From NCBI GenBank assembly GCA_963662275.1, contig OY759316.1:1664001-1728000 (forward strand): a DNA stretch of 64,000 nucleotides. Reading direction: 5' to 3'. The translations under genes and the position numbers were made by a program. Position 1 is the stretch's first letter; each line of letters begins with the position of its first letter. The DNA comes from Candidatus Cloacimonadales bacterium. GTDB taxonomy: Bacteria > Cloacimonadota > Cloacimonadia > Cloacimonadales > DAONDQ01. The notes beneath the pieces are model-generated. The model saw nothing but the letters and a program-made list of their open reading frames with translations. It did not search any database and had not been told where the DNA came from. This document shows, piece by piece, positions 63,553 to 64,000 of this stretch.

Positions 63553-64000
63553 AATTGAATCAAATATTAATTCCTTTATCCTGACAAATGGACTGAAAGT
63601 AATCTATGGAGTTGATAATTCCAATCCGCTGGTAAGTATCCAGGTACACGTTCGTATGGGTTCCTGTTGGGAAAAGATAGACGAAGCAGGCTACTCACAT
63701 CTTACCGAACACCTGGTGTTCAAATCAACTGAACATTTCCCCAAGAATTCAATTATGGAAGCAGCTTCATTTATGGGTGGTTCTATCAATGCCTATACAG
63801 AATTTGATTCCACTTGTTTCTATCTGACATTACCCTCAGAATTCCTGGAAAAAGGAATAGAACTGCTTGCTGAGTTAGTATTTCGGACTAATTACTCTGA
63901 TGCCGAATTCAAGTCAGAGCGTTCTGTCGTTATCGAAGAACTGAAGCAATACCGCAATGACCCGGAAGATTTTTTTATTGAGGAAATACCGAAACACTAC
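63539..64000 (+). CDS. M16 family zinc peptidase (3'-truncated by the window)
   Basis: Own translation: LTNGLKV...GS..E...AGYSHLTEHLVFK (HxxEH)...NAYT...ERSVVIEE. Confidence 0.88.
   Translation, partial: MTNHEIESNINSFILTNGLKVIYGVDNSNPLVSIQVHVRMGSCWEKIDEAGYSHLTEHLVFKSTEHFPKNSIMEAASFMGGSINAYTEFDSTCFYLTLPSEFLEKGIELLAELVFRTNYSDAEFKSERSVVIEELKQYRNDPEDFFIEEIPKHY

Overview
Bacterial chromosome window, AT-rich, probably from an anaerobe (hydE, hgcAB). The style of its surface proteins suggests Candidatus Cloacimonadota, which is inference only. Left to right: (1) the end of an Ig/ASH-repeat surface protein; (2) a translationally coupled hgcA-hgcB-arsR mercury-methylation operon with a palindromic operator; (3) a defence-like island (SeqA-C-like protein, HEPN-SNF2 helicase, sacsin-ATPase/HNH, two ABC-ATPase + nuclease pairs) and an IS1182; (4) housekeeping and LPS genes (NRAMP, nadA, mnmA, hydE, lipid A methyltransferase-like, wzx/GT4/asnB, acyl-CoA ligase, typA); (5) a ~21 kb plastic region (36.2-57 kb) with TA modules, three SEC-C paralogs, a 166-187 bp tandem array interrupted by an IS110, a Mutator-like IS, ORF6N and RhuM genes, and an integrase + IS91-like element; (6) mfd, a RAYT flanked by REP arrays, apbE, folE2 and a partial M16 peptidase. 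The most striking observation is that 27-bp palindromes inside the ORF6N and RhuM coding sequences recur as variant copies in nearby intergenic DNA. Some copies keep their non-palindromic coding context (e.g. ILKSQFATSSWGGRR), and several sit at promoter positions. Guide-like segments matching the donor and target junctions are also visible in the IS110 non-coding end. All calls were made by eye; no database searches were run.
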